Positions 32,285 to 32,542 of a DNA stretch of 32,542 bases are shown here, piece after piece. Positions within the stretch are counted from its first letter, which is position 1. Each line of letters starts with the position of its first letter. This DNA is from Centroscyllium fabricii (lineage: Eukaryota): positions 127,999,459 through 128,032,000 of the forward strand of contig JBNRSN020000009.1 in NCBI GenBank assembly GCA_051313645.2, in the 5' to 3' direction. The position numbers and the translations under genes were made by a program. Below the pieces are notes generated by a model. The model was not told where the DNA came from. It was given only the letters and a program-made list of their open reading frames with translations, and did not search any database.

Positions 32285-32365
32285 TAATGAGGTTACAGGA
32301 CGGCCAGCACAGGCACCAGGGCCCAAGTGGTCACCTCCTGTGCAGTAACTTCTATCATTCAATGA
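32285..32365 (+). mobile_element. Degenerate CR1 3' tail
   Basis: GCCAGCACAGGCAC..GGGCC..TGG..CCTCCTGTGCAGTAACTTCTATCATTCAATG. Confidence 0.5.
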
Positions 32366-32542
32366 AAACTCTCCTTTACTGAGTCCAAGCCCAGGAAGTT
32401 GTTTAGAAATGTTGGTGTGGAGCTGAGTTTAGGATTATGTACTCTGTAAAAAGTGCCCAAACACCGAACACGCTGCCCTTTGTGCGATCTGTTTGGTCTG
32501 TACCGGCCGGTTTTGACATGTGAAGTCCAAATACAGATCAGC

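Overview
Eukaryotic, repeat-dominated window with no recognisable host gene. The repeat families (HE1/V-SINE, DeuSINE/SacSINE1-like, HER1-type CR1 LINEs) point to a cartilaginous fish; family names are from recall, not a database search. Contents: a gapped 14-bp satellite (1-2770); several SINEs and LINE tails; two Harbinger-type MITEs sharing the TIR GGGCCAGAAATT; a decayed CR1 (8265-11894) with nested insertions; a pogo/Tigger-like MITE carrying a tandem array of RFX X-box-like palindromes; and a young, nearly intact CR1 LINE (12909-18361, 7-bp TSD) with a 68-bp CpG-rich monomer array, a zinc-finger/leucine-zipper/esterase ORF1 and an APE-RT ORF2. A 5.2-kb PIF/Harbinger transposon (20769-25992, TSD CTA) has a frameshifted transposase and an intact three-exon Myb/SANT-coiled-coil gene. 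A decayed minus-strand CR1 lies at 29771-32265. The most interesting signal is at the CR1 ORF1/ORF2 junction: ORF2 has no ATG before its endonuclease domain, overlaps ORF1 in the -1 frame, and a correctly phased slippery site (G GGT TTA AAC, then TAA) followed by a G-rich tract sits in the overlap. This suggests gag-pol-like -1 ribosomal frameshifting in a non-LTR retrotransposon.
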